Origin: Chiloscyllium plagiosum
Lineage: Eukaryota
NCBI RefSeq assembly: GCF_004010195.1
Contig: NC_057711.1
Location: 72,846,878-72,894,983 of the forward strand
DNA: 48,106 nucleotides
Direction: 5' to 3'
Part shown: positions 1 through 11,698 of the stretch, one piece after another
How positions within the stretch are numbered: the stretch's first letter is position 1
Layout: each line of letters begins with the position of its first letter
Position numbers and translations under genes: made by a program
Notes under the pieces: generated by a model
The model's input: only the letters and a program-made list of their open reading frames with translations
Told to the model about the DNA's origin: nothing
Database searches by the model: none

Positions 1-87
1 TGAAACTTTATTGCTGGAACAGCACAGCAGGTCAGGCAGCATCCAGGGAACAGGAGATTCGACGTTTCGGGCACAGGCCCTTCTTCA
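1..87 (-). mobile_element. Penelope-like element terminal fragment (copy 1 in minisatellite), truncated in its hammerhead core
   Basis: Identical to 3220-3306, 3467-3553 and the start of the insert at 31036. The minus strand reads TGAAGAAGGGCCTGTGCCCGAAACGTCGAAT...AATAAAG. Confidence 0.8.
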
Positions 88-1172
88 CTCTCCCCTGAAC
101 CGGGCTCACTCTCCCCTGCGCTGGGCTCACTCTCCCCTGTGCTGGGCTCACTCTCCCTTGCGCTAGGCTCACTCCCCTGTGTACTGGGCTCTCTTTTCCC
201 TGTGCTGGTCTCACTCTCCCCTGTGCTGACTCTCTCCCCTGTGCTGGGCTCACTCTCCCTTGCGCTAGGCTCACTCCCCTGTGTACTGGGCTCTCTTTTC
301 CCTGTGCTGGTCTCACTCTCCCCTGTGCTGACTCTCTCCCCTGTGCTGGGCTCACTCTCCCTTGCGCTAGGCTCACTCCCCTGTGTACTGGGCTCTCTTT
401 TCCCTGTGCTGGTCTCACTCTCCCCTGTGCTGACTCTCTCCCCTGTGCTGGGCTCACTCTCCCTTGCGCTAGGCTCACTCCCCTGTGTACTGGGCTCTCT
501 TTTCCCTGTGCTGGTCTCACTCTCCCCTGTGCTGACTCTCTCCCCTGTGCTGGGCTCACTCTCCCTTGCGCTAGGCTCACTCCCCTGTGTACTGGGCTCT
601 CTTTTCCCTGTGCTGGTCTCACTCTCCCCTGTGCTGACTCTCTCCCCTGTGCTGGGCTCACACTCCCCTGCGCTAGGTTCACTTTCCCCTGCGCTGGGCT
701 CACTCTCCCCTGCGCTGGACTCATTCTCCCCTGCGCTGGACTCATTCTCCCCTGCACTGGACTCGCTCTCCCCTACATTGGGCTTCCTCTCCCCTGTGTT
801 GGGCTCACTCTCCCCTGTGCTGGGCTCACTCTCCCCTATGCTGGGCTCACTCTCCCTTGCGCTAGGCTCACTCCCCTGTGTACTGGGCTCTCTTTTCCCT
901 GTGCTGGTCTCACTCTCCCCTGTGCTGACTCTCTCCCCTGTGCTGGGCTCACACTCCCCTGCGCTAGGTTCACTTTCCCCTGCGCTGGGCTCACTCTCCC
1001 CTGCGCTGGGCTCACTCTCCTCTGCACTCGGTTCACTCTCCCCTGCGCTGGGCTCACTCTCCCCTGTGCTGGGCTCACTCTCCCCTGCACTGGGCTGACT
1101 CTCCCCTGAACCGGGCTCACTCTCCCCTGCGCTGGGCTCACTCTCCCCTGTGCTGGGCTCAACTCTCGTCTG

Positions 1173-1286
1173 TGGAACAGGAGAAACGTCGAATCTCCTG
1201 TTCCTTCGATGCTGCCTGACCTGCTGCGCTTTTTCAGCAACACATTTTCAGCTCTGATCTCCAGCATCTGCAGTCCTCACTTTCTC
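1173..1286 (+). mobile_element. Penelope-like terminal fragment with short 5' inversion, flanked by ~15-bp TSD
   Basis: GAAACGTCGAATCTCCTGTTCC...GATGCTGCCTGACCTGCTG is related to the other PLE ends. Flanks are CTCAACTCTCGTCTG (1158-1172) and CTCAACTCTCCTCTG (1287-1301). Confidence 0.75.
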
Positions 1287-3217
1287 CTCAACTCTCCTCT
1301 GCGCTGGGTTCACTCTCCCCTGTGCTGGGCTAATTCTCCCTAACGCTGGGCTCACTCTCCCCTGTGCTAGGCTCACTCTCCACTGAGCTGGGCTCACTCT
1401 GCACTGCGCTGGACTCATTCTCCCCTGTGTTGGGCTCACTCTCCCCTGTGCTGGGCTCACTCTCCCCTGCACAGGGCTCACTCTCCCCTGCGCTGGGCTC
1501 ACTCACCCTTGGCGATGGGCTCACTCTTCCCCGTACTGGGCTCACTCCCCTCTGTACTGGGCTGACTTTCCCCTGTACTGGGCTCACTCTCCCCTGCACT
1601 GGACTCACGCTCCCCTGTGCTGGGCTGACGCTCCCCTGCAGTGGGCTCCCTCTGACCTGCGCTGGGCTAATTCTCTCTAACACTGGGCTCAGTCTCCCCT
1701 GTGCTAGGCTCACTCTCCCCTGCGCTGGACTCATTCTCTTCTGTGTTGGGCTTACTCTCCCCTGCACTGGGCTCAGTCTCCCCTGTGCTGGGCTCACGCT
1801 CCCTAAGGCTGGACACACTCTCCCCTGTACTGGGCTCACTCCCCTCTGTACTGGGCTGACTTTCCCCTGTACTGGACTCACACTCCCCTGTGCTGGGCTG
1901 ACGCTCCCCTGCGCTGGGCTCACTCTCCCCTGCGCTGGGCTCACTCTCCCCTGTGCTGGGCTCACTCTCCCCTGCACTGGGCTCACTCTCCCCTGAACCA
2001 GGCTCACTCTCCCCTGCGCTGGGCTCACTCTCCCCTGAACCGGGCTCACTCTCCCCTGCGCTGGGCTCACGCCCCCCTGTACTGGGCTCACGCTCCCCTG
2101 CACTGGGCTCCCTCTGCCCTGCACTGGGCTAATTCTCCCTAACGCTGGGCTCACTCTCCCCTGTGCTAGGCTCACTCTCCCATACGCTGGGCTCACGCTC
2201 ACTCTCCTCTGCGCTGGGTTCACTCTCCGCTGTGCTGGGCTCACTCTCCTCTGCGCTGGGTTCACTCTCCGCTGTGCTGGGCTCACTCTCCTCTGCGCTG
2301 GGTTCACTCTCCGCTGTGCTGGGCTCACTCTCCTCTGCGCTGGGTTCACTCTCCGCTGTGCTGGGCTCACTCTCCTCTGCGCTGGGTTCACTCTCCGCTG
2401 TGCTGGGCTCACTCTCCTCTGCGCTGGGTTCACTCTCCGCTGTGCTGGGCTCACTCTCCTCTGCGCTGGGTTCACTCTCCGCTGTGCTGGGCTCACTCTC
2501 CTCTGCGCTGGGTTCACTCTCTCCTGTACTGGATTCACTCTCCCCTGTGCTGGGCTAATTCTCCCTAACGCTGGGCTCGCTCTCCACTGCACTGGGCTCA
2601 TGTTCCCCTCTGCTGGACTCACTCACCCTAACGCTGGGCTCACGCTCCCTAACGCTGGACACACTCTCCCCTGTACTGGGCTCACTCCCCTCTGTACTGG
2701 GCTCACTTTCCCCTGTACTGGGCTCACGCTCCCCTGCACTGGGCTCCCTCTGCCCTGCACTGGGCTAATTCTCCCTAACGCTGGGCTCACTCTCCCCTGT
2801 GCTAGGCTCACTCTCCCATACGCTGGGCTCACTCTCCCCTGCGCTGGGCTCACTCTCCCCTGCGATGGACTCATTCTCCCCTGCGCTGGACTCATTCTCC
2901 CCTGCACTGGACTCGCTCTCCCCTACATTGGGCTTCCTCTCCCCTGTGTTGGGCTCACTCTCCCCTGTGCTGGGCTCACTCTCCCTTGCGCTAGGCTCAC
3001 TCCCCTGTGTACTGGGCTCTCTTTTCCCTGTGCTGGTCTCACTCTCCCCTGTGCTGACTCTCTCCCCTATGCTGGGCTCACTCTCCCCTGCACTCGGTTC
3101 ACTCTCCCCTGCGCTGGGCTCACTCTCCCCTGCGCTGGGCTCACTCTCCCCTGAACCGGGCTCACTCTCCCCTGCACTGGACTCACGCCCTCCTGTACTG
3201 GGCTCACGCTCCCCTGA

Positions 3218-3306
3218 GTTGAAACTTTATTGCTGGAACAGCACAGCAGGTCAGGCAGCATCCAGGGAACAGGAGATTCGACGTTTCGGGCACAGGCCCT
3301 TCTTCA
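3218..3306 (-). mobile_element. Penelope-like terminal fragment (copy 2 in minisatellite)
   Basis: Same sequence and same right junction (CTTCTTCA|CTCTCCCCTGAACCGGG) as 1-87. Confidence 0.8.
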
Positions 3307-3464
3307 CTCTCCCCTGAACCGGGCTCACTCTCCCCTGCGCTGGGCTCACTCTCCCCTGAACCGGGCTCACTCTCCCCTGCGCTGGGCTCACTCTCCTCTG
3401 CACTCGGTTCACTCTCCCCTGCGCTGGGCTCACTCTCCCCTGTGCTGGGCTCACTCTCCCCTGA

Positions 3465-3553
3465 GTTGAAACTTTATTGCTGGAACAGCACAGCAGGTCA
3501 GGCAGCATCCAGGGAACAGGAGATTCGACGTTTCGGGCACAGGCCCTTCTTCA
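3465..3553 (-). mobile_element. Penelope-like terminal fragment (copy 3 in minisatellite)
   Basis: Same sequence and same right junction as copies 1 and 2. Confidence 0.8.
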
Positions 3554-6332
3554 CTCTCCCCTGAACCGGGCTCACTCTCCCCTGCGCTGGGCTCACTCTC
3601 CCCTGAACCGGGCTCACTCTCCCCTGCACTGGACTCACGCCCCCCTGTACTGGGCTCACGCTCCCCTGCACTGGGCTCCCTCTGCCCTGCACTGGGCTAA
3701 TTCTCCCTAACGCTGGGCTCACTCTCCCCTGTGCTAGGCTCACTCTCCCCTGCGCTTGGCTCACTCTCCCCTGCGCTGGACTCATTCTCCCCTGGACTGG
3801 GCTCGCTCTCCCCTACATTGGGCTTATTCTCCCCTGTGTTGGGCTCACTCTCCCCTGTGCTGGGCTCACTCTCCCCTCCCCTGTGTTGGGCTCACTCTCC
3901 CCTGTGCTGGGCTCACTCTCCCCTACGCTGGGCTCACTCCCCTGTGTACTGGGCTCTCTTTTCCCTGTGCTGGTCTCACTCTCCCCTGTGCTGACTCTCT
4001 CCCTTGTGCTGGGCTCACTCTCCCCTGCACTGGGTTCACTTTCCCCTGCGCTGGGCTCACTCTTCCCTGCGCTGGGCTCCCTGTCCTCTGCGCTCGGTTC
4101 ACTCTCCCCTGCGCTGGGCTTATTCTCCCCTGAGCTGGGCTCACTCTCCTCTGCTCTGGGTTCACTCTCCCCTGCACTGGGCTCACTCTCCCATGCGCTG
4201 GGCTCACTCTCCTCTGCGCTGGGTTCACTCTCTCCTGTACTGGATTCACTCTCCGCTGTGCTGGGCTAATTCTCCCTAACGCTGGGCTCGCTCTCCACTG
4301 CACTGGGCTCATGTTCCCCTCTGCTGGACTCACTCACCCTAACGCTGGGCTCACGCTCCCTAACGTGGACACCACTCTCCCCTGTACTGGGCTCACTCCT
4401 CTCTGTGCTGGGCTCACGCTACCCTGCACTGGGCTCACTCTCCTCTGCGCTGGGTTCACTCTCCCCTGCGCTAGGCTCACTCTCCACTGCGCCTAACTCA
4501 TTCTCCCCTGCGCTGGGCTTGCTCTTCCCTGTGCTGGGCTCACTCTCCCTAACGCTGGGCTCACTCTACCTAACACTGGGCACACTCTCCCCTGTACTGG
4601 GCTCACTCTCCCTAACGCTGGGCTCAGTCTCCCTAACGCTGGGCTCAGTCTCCCCAGTATTGGGCTTTGTCTCCCCCTCGCTGGGCTCACACTCCCCTAT
4701 GCTGGGCTCACTCTCCCCTGTGCTGGGCTCCCTCTGACCTGCGCTGGGCTAATTCTCCCTAACACTGGGCTCAGTCTCCCCTGTGCTAGGCTCACTCTCC
4801 CCTGCGCTGGACTCATTCTCTTCTGTGTTGGGCTTACTCTCCCCTGCACTGGGCTCAGTCTCCCCTGTGCTGGACTCACTCTCCCTAACGCTGGACACAC
4901 TCTCCCCCCGTACTGGGCTCACTCCCCTCTGTACTAGGTTGACTTTCCCCTGTACTGGGCTCACTCTCCCCTGCACTAGACTCACACTCCCCTGTGCTGG
5001 GCTGACGCTGCCCTGCGCTGGGCTCACTCTCCTCTGCGCTCGGCTCACTCTCCCCTACGCTGGGCTCACTCTCCTCTGTGCTGGGCTCACTCTCCCCTGA
5101 ACCGGGCTCACTCTCCCCTGCGCTGGGCTCACTCTCCTCTGCACTCGGTTCACTCTCCCCTGCGCTGGGCTCATTCTCCCCTGAGCTGGGCTCACTCTCC
5201 CATGCGCTGGGTTCACTCTCACCTGCGCTGGGCTCACTTTCCCCTGTGCTGGGCAAATTGTCCCTAACGCTGGGTTCACTCTCCTCTGTGCTGGGTTCAC
5301 TCTCCCCTGAGCTGTATTCACTCTCCCCTCCGATAGGGTAATTCTCCCTAACGCTGGGCTCACTCTCCACTGCACTGGGCTCATGCTCCCCTGTGCTGGG
5401 CTCACTCTCCCTAATGCTGGGCTCACACTCCCTAACGCTGGACACACTCTCCCCTGTACTGGGCTCACTCCCCTCTGTACTGGGCTCACTTTCCCCTGTA
5501 CTGGGCTCACTCTCCCTTGCGCTGGGCTCATGCTCCCCTGCAATGGGCTTCCTCTGCCCTGCACTGGGCTAATTCTCCCTAACGCTGGGCTCACTCTCCC
5601 CTGTGCTAGGCTCACTCTCCCTTGCGCTGGGCTCACTCTCCCCTGCACTGGGCTCACTCTCCCCTGCGCTGGACTCATTCTCCCCTGCGCTGGGCTCGCA
5701 CTCCCCTACATTGGGCTTCCTCTCCCCTGTGTTGGGCTCACTCTCCCCTGCACTGGGCTCAGTCTCTCCTGTACTGGGCTCTCTCTCCCCTGCACTGGGC
5801 TCACTCTCCCCTCCACTGGGCTCTCTCTCTCTCTCCCCTGCACTGGGCTCTTTCTCCCCTACATTGGGCTCACTCTCCCCTGTGTTGGGCTCACTCTCCC
5901 CTACGCTGGGCTCACTCTCCCCTGCGCTGGGCTCATTCTCTCCTGTGCTGGGCTTATTCTCCCCTGTGCTAGACTCACTCTCCTCTACATTGGGCTCACT
6001 CTCCCCTGTGCTGGGCTCACTCTCCCCTACGCTGGTCTCACTCTCCCTTGTGCTGGTCTCACTCTCCCCTATGCTGGGCTCACTCTCCCCTGCACTGGGC
6101 TAACTCTCCCCTATGCTCGGGCTCTCTCTCCACTGTGCTGGCCTCACTCTCCCCTGCGCTGGTCTCACTCTCCTCTGTGTTGGTCTCACTCTCCCCTTTG
6201 GCGGGCTCACTCTCCCCTATGCTGGGCTCACTCTCCCCTGTGCTGGGCTAACTCTCCCCTACGCTGGGCTCTCTCTCTCCTCTGTGTTGGTCTCACTCTC
6301 CCCTTTTGGCGGCCTCACTCTCCCCTGCACTG

Positions 6333-6607
6333 AGCTAAGAAACTGTGTTTGTCATTCGCCTTCTCCGGCAACCACCGCTGCTGACCTCCATCGGGCATGC
6401 CATCCTTCTCCACCAGCCGCTGCCTCACTGCCACCAACATCCGTCCCAGCTGCTGCCACGCTCCATTGTCACGATAGCCGCCTCGCCACAGAGTCCCGCT
6501 GTGGTACCGCTCCGGACATCGCTGACGCTGTGATGTCGCTGATCATCAGAGTTCCACCCAGTCACACCAGCCGCTGCCATCGCTACCGTTCCCTCCAGAA
6601 GGTAAGT
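6333..6607 (+). other. CpG-rich unique segment ending in a consensus splice donor; candidate first exon
   Basis: Many CpGs relative to the flanking DNA, then CAGAAG|GTAAGT at 6601/6602. No downstream exon identified. Confidence 0.35.
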
Positions 6608-6614
6608 CAAGACA

Positions 6615-7170
6615 GAATGTTTGGGGGCTTGGAGGGGAATGTACAGATGGTGGTGTTACCACGTAGCTCCTGCCCTTGTCCTTTCACATGGTAGTGTCTG
6701 CAGGTTTGAAAGGAGCTGTCCCAAACGCCTTGATGAGTTTTTGCTGCATATCTTGTAGATGGTACACACTGAGGGTAGTGTCTGTCAGTGGTGGAAGGAC
6801 TGAATATGGAACATGATTGCTGGGGTATCAATCAAAAAAGCTTTCTCCTGGATAGTGCTGAGCATTTTGACTTTTGACGGGGATGCAGACATCCAGACAA
6901 GTGGAGATTATGCCACTCTACGCCTGACATGCACCTTACTCATGGTAGACAAACATTGGAGAGGTACAAAGTGAGTTACATTCTGCAGATTCCTAGCCTC
7001 TAACCTGCCCTTGTATCCACAGTATATCACTGGTCCAGATCAGTTTCAGGTCAGTGCTAACTCGTGGGATGTTGTTAAAAATGGCAATGCCATTGAATGT
7101 AAGGGATGACAGTTAGATTCTATTTCATTGGAAATGGTCATTACCTGGTATTTCTGTGGCATGAAAATTC
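6615..7170 (-). mobile_element. Degenerate non-LTR retrotransposon (CR1/L2-group) RT fragment
   Basis: The minus strand near 7130-7168 encodes FMPQKYQVMTISN, resembling the F-x-P-x-K-C-Q-x-M-x-I motif after the RT palm. Heavily decayed. Confidence 0.55.
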
Positions 7171-8044
7171 TTTGTATACAACCTTACAACCTTTGTATAC
7201 AAAATACCAATTTCCCTTTATTTTTCATCAACTTTCTCCATTTTCTTTCTTCTTTTTTCAAGGCCTTAATCCTTAGGTAAAGTATGTATCTTGACCTACC
7301 TTACAATTTCACTTCCCGATATTAAATCCTTGAGAATGAACATAGAAACTTAACATTTTTCTTCCCAGTGCATATGTGATGACACCAAATGCTGTACCAC
7401 TTCTCTGCTGCCCCTCATTTTAATACAGTTGTCAGGCTTCTAGCACAATTTGCGCCTCATACTGACAATTACAGATCAAGACTCCTTGGTGAACTGCGAA
7501 AATGTGCTGCTGCACTTTCCTAAAGTTGCAGCTGCATTTCCACTCAACACAAACAATTAAAATAGAGTATCTTCGGTCATGTTTGGGCTACTTTTACACT
7601 CATTAAAGTTTCCAATGGTGTAGTTCATCAGAAATTCTGAAGCAACGAAGACATTGGAAGCATACCCCAGTATCTAAAATGAATGATATAATGAGGGCTT
7701 TGCCATTGACCATCAAATATCTCCTGCACTGCCTTTGAAAAATGCACGGTCAGTTAAAATGATAGCTTTTTGTGTTGCTACAGTAATATTAAAATCAGTT
7801 TCAACAGCCTCAGTTAAATGCATCAATAATGATTGTGGTTTTCATCAGATGTGTACCTGTACCACAAGCTGCTGGGAGTAGAATTTCAGCTTTTTAATGG
7901 ACCTGGACAGTTCTCTCTCTTGGCAACAAAAAAAGCTGGATTCTTCTGCAGTGGAGCAAAACAACAGCATAAAAAAAGTAACCCAAGATAAGTGTGGGAT
8001 TTGCAATATGTGGACTGCAGCAAACCAAGAGGGCAACTCAGCAC

Positions 8045-8128
8045 GACCTTCTCAAGGGCAACCAGGGATGGGCAATCAATACTGGCCTGGCCAGTGATGC
8101 CCACATCCCATGACTGAATAAAATAAAA
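8045..8128 (+). mobile_element. LINE/SINE 3' tail remnant
   Basis: GGGCAACCAGGGATGGGCAA...CTGGCC...GATGCCCACATCCCATGA followed by an A-rich tail; a common shark retroposon end. Confidence 0.55.
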
Positions 8129-9140
8129 TGGCCAGTCAGAGCAAGTAATGTATACAGGGAACATGCTTCTTGTGTCAGGTTAAGAACATCTTCTTGGGGC
8201 TGAAGAGAAACTTGGGAGAGAGAAGGGAAAGATCCAGTTGTCATAGTCCATTCAGGTGCCAACATCATAGGTAAAACGAAGGAAATGGTTCTGCTGAGGG
8301 AATGAGAACGAGAGAGTTAAACAGCAGATCTAAAAGAGAATTAATCTCTGAATTGCCTGAGCCATGATCAAATTCACATAGAGGAAGTAAAATCAGAGAA
8401 TTGAATTGTGACTCGGAGATTGGACTGGGAGAAGTGAGTTTAAATTCACGCAATACTTGCAGCACTAATGTGTAAGTGTGACCTGTACCAGCATAATGGA
8501 CTTTGCCTGAACCACACCAAGACCCAGTGTCCTTATGAACTGTACAATTAGGCTTTTAATGAGGATTTTAAACTCAACAGATGCAGAGAAGTGGTGTAAA
8601 GAATGATAATAAGAGTTTTAGAAGAGGGAATAGTGCACCAGTAGCTATGGTCAAAGTCAAAAAAACTAAGAAGTCAGAATTAAAAGCTTCTTTATCTGAA
8701 AGTACACAACATTTGTAAGATGGATGAATTGACAACACAAATTGAACTTTGGGGCTATGACGTGATAGCTGTTTAGATGAGTTTACAAAGTGACCAAGGC
8801 TGGAAACTGAATATTCAAGAATATTTGACACTTTAGAAAGACAGGGTAAAAAGGCAAAGGGATAGTTCCAGAAAGGTAACAGCAAATTGGAAAAGCATAA
8901 ATAAGATAATTCTGTTCAATAAAGATGCAAAACAGGAGGTATGAATCTCTAAGCTAACTGGCCTAAACCTGTCAGTGCAAAAATGTTAGAATCCATTACT
9001 GAGGAAGTAGCAGGACATTTCGGCAGCACGTCTTTGTGAAAGAGAAACTATGTTTGACAAACCTATCAGAGTCCTTTGAGGATGTAACAAACAGGATGGA
9101 GATAGGGGAACCAGTAGATGTAGTGCAGTTGGATTTCCAA

Positions 9141-10750
9141 AGAAACATTCAATACTTAAGAGGGAAATCAGGAGGGCAAAACGGGGACATGAGATAGCTT
9201 TGGCAAATAGAATTAAGGAGAATCCAAAGGGTTTTTACAAATATATTAAGGACAAAAGGGTAACTAGGGAGAGAATAGGGCTCATCAAAGATCAGCAAGG
9301 CGGCCTTTTTATGGAGCCACAGAAAATGGGGGAGATACTAAATTAATATTTTGCATCAGTATTTACTGTGGAAAAGGATATGGAAGATATAGACTGTGGT
9401 GACATCTTGCAAAATGCCCAGATTACAGAGGAGGAAGTGCTGGATGTCTTGAAACGGTTAAAAGTGGATAAATCCCCAGGACCTGATCAGGTGTACCCGA
9501 GGACTCTGTGGGAAGCTAGAGAAGTGATTGCTGGGCCTCTTGCTGAGATATTTGTATCATCAATAGACACAGGTGAGGTGTCNNNNNNNNNNNNNNNNNN
9601 NNNNNNNNNNNNNNNNNNNNNNNNNNNNNNNNNNNNNNNNNNNNNNNNNNNNNNNNNNNNNNNNNNNNNNNNNNNNNNNNNNNNNNNNNNNNNNNNNNNN
9701 NNNNNNNNNNNNNNNNNNNNNNNNNNNNNNNNNNNNNNNNNNNNNNNNNNNNNNNNNNNNNNNNNNNNNNNNNNNNNNNNNNNNNNNNNNNNNNNNNNNN
9801 NNNNNNNNNNNNNNNNNNNNNNNNNNNNNNNNNNNNNNNNNNNNNNNNNNNNNNNNNNNNNNNNNNNNNNNNNNNNNNNNNNNNNNNNNNNNNNNNNNNN
9901 NNNNNNNNNNNNNNNNNNNNNNNNNNNNNNNNNNNNNNNNNNNNNNNNNNNNNNNNNNNNNNNNNNNNNNNNNNNNNNNNNNNNNNNNNNNNNNNNNNNN
10001 NNNNNNNNNNNNNNNNNNNNNNNNNNNNNNNNNNNNNNNNNNNNNNNNNNNNNNNNNNNNNNNNNNNNNNNNNNNNNNNNNNNNNNNNNNNNNNNNNNNN
10101 NNNNNNNNNNNNNNNNNNNNNNNNNNNNNNNNNNNNNNNNNNNNNNNNNNNNNNNNNNNNNNNNNNNNNNNNNNNNNNNNNNNNNNNNNNNNNNNNNNNN
10201 NNNNNNNNNNNNNNNNNNNNNNNNNNNNNNNNNNNNNNNNNNNNNNNNNNNNNNNNNNNNNNNNNNNNNNNNNNNNNNNNNNNNNNNNNNNNNNNNNNNN
10301 NNNNNNNNNNNNNNNNNNNNNNNNNNNNNNNNNNNNNNNNNNNNNNNNNNNNNNNNNNNNNNNNNNNNNNNNNNNNNNNNNNNNNNNNNNNNNNNNNNNN
10401 NNNNNNNNNNNNNNTGTGGATAGGATAAATAGGCAAAGTCTTTTCCCTGGGGTCGGGGAGTCCAGAACTAGAGGGAATAGGTTTAGGGTGAGAGGGGAAA
10501 GATATAAAAGAGACCTATGGGGCATCTTTTTCACGCAGAGGGTGGTACGTTTATGGAATGAGCTGCCAGAGGATGTGGTGGAGGCTGGTACAATTGCAAC
10601 ATTTAAGAGGCATTTGGTTGGGTAAATGAATAGGAAGGGTTTGGAGGGATTTGGGCCGGGTGCTGGCAGGTGGGACTAGATTGGGTTGGGATATCTGGTC
10701 GGCATGGACGGGTTGGACCGAAGGACCTGTTTCCATGCTGTACATCTCTA
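9141..10750 (+). mobile_element. Young 5'-truncated CR1 (HER1-like) LINE spanning an assembly gap
   Basis: ORF2 peptide ITEEEVLDVLKRLKVDKSPGPDQVYPRTLWEAREVIAGPLAEIF before the gap. The C-terminus FFTQRVVRLWNELP and a 3' UTR nearly identical to 19710-20052 follow the gap. Confidence 0.92.
9583..10414. other. Assembly gap (N run)
   Basis: Run of n characters inside a CR1 copy. Confidence 1.
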
Positions 10751-11233
10751 TGTGCAAGATAGGGGACTCTGCGACCCCCCATCAGGCACTCTGCTTCCCT
10801 TCCCAAGAACAAAGACACGGAGGTGTTCGTCCAAAACTATTTATTCAATTCTGCAGAACCGGGTGTTACCTCAATGGCTTCCCACGAGGCACACACACAG
10901 ATTGTAATCCCCGCACGTTATATACATGTAGGAGTGGGCTGGGCCTTCTACTGTCTCAGCCAATGAGTGTTAAAGTTCCCCATTGTCCTCCTGATGGATG
11001 AGATTATTTGGTTATTCACCCAGCCAATCAGTGTTCGAGTTCCCCGCTTCTCCCTTATATGGATGATGACGTACAGCCGTGGTTGTGGGCGGTCCCTCAG
11101 CCACGTGGAAAGCTGTTTCCATTGTTCCATTCATGAAAATCTGGGGGAGTGTCTGCTCGTGCTTACTACACTTTGTACTTACTATGTGCTTACTACAACA
11201 GTTAATGATTTAAAAATTACACCACCCCCTACA
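10751..11233 (-). mobile_element. Solo LTR inserted in the CR1 3' tail repeat
   Basis: TGT...ACA termini with TSD TCTA on both sides (alternatively a 6-bp TCTATG if the start is 10753). The minus strand has CATATAAG (~11053-11060) upstream of AATAAA (10840-10845), with E-box CCACGTGG and GC-box GGGCGG upstream of the TATA. Confidence 0.8.
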
Positions 11234-11419
11234 TCTATGACTTTAAAGTGTCACATAAAAGGTTACTACAGAAGTATTGGGTATGAGGTACTAACATCAA
11301 CAGAGATTGGTTAATGAATCAATAGAGTTGGGTTGACCAGTGGCATGCCACTAGGATCAGTATTGTGTTATTAATTATTTAAAATCTAGATTAAGTACTT
11401 GGATTATGGACTGGGTGTT

Positions 11420-11515
11420 CTTCCTGATGAAAAACTTACACTTGAAACGTCAACTGACCTGCTCCTTGAATGCTGGCTGATCAGCTGTGCTTTTCTAGCA
11501 CCACACTTTTTGACA
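11420..11515 (+). mobile_element. Degenerate Penelope-like end with hammerhead-like core
   Basis: CTGATGA (11424-11430) ... GAAACGTC (11444-11451), followed by GCTGGCTGATCAGCTGTGC. Stem II is decayed. Confidence 0.65.
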
Positions 11516-11698
11516 CTGGGTACACTGTAGCCAAATTTACTGACAATGGAAAGGTAGGCAGGAAAGCAGGTTGTGAGAAGGACACAGAGTCTGTGGAGAG
11601 ATCAGATATGAGTAAGAAGGACAAAATTTGGCAGGTAGAGTATAATGCAGGAGAATGGGAGATTATTCATTTCTAGAATAAAAAGACTAAAAATCATT

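Larger units (their letters stand above)
88..6332. repeat. 21-bp GC-rich minisatellite (consensus ~GGGCTCACTCTCCCCTGYGCT) with higher-order repeats
   Basis: Hundreds of tandem variants of the unit are directly visible. There is a 102-bp higher-order unit at ~140-650 and a 42-bp dimer run at ~2198-2520. The 7-aa periodic ORFs ([21 protein letters not shown]) reflect the 21-bp period. Confidence 0.98.

Noticed and set aside
88..6332. CRISPR-like repeat array
   Set aside because: The units are directly tandem with no unique spacers, there are no cas genes, and the context is vertebrate.
32..6333. Dozens of long ORFs with [21 protein letters not shown] repeats
   Set aside because: They arise because the 21-bp unit is a multiple of three and lacks stops in several frames on both strands. 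There is no splice or domain evidence for coding.
9368..10625. 300-350 aa ORFs containing X runs
   Set aside because: Artefacts of the N gap inside a CR1 copy.
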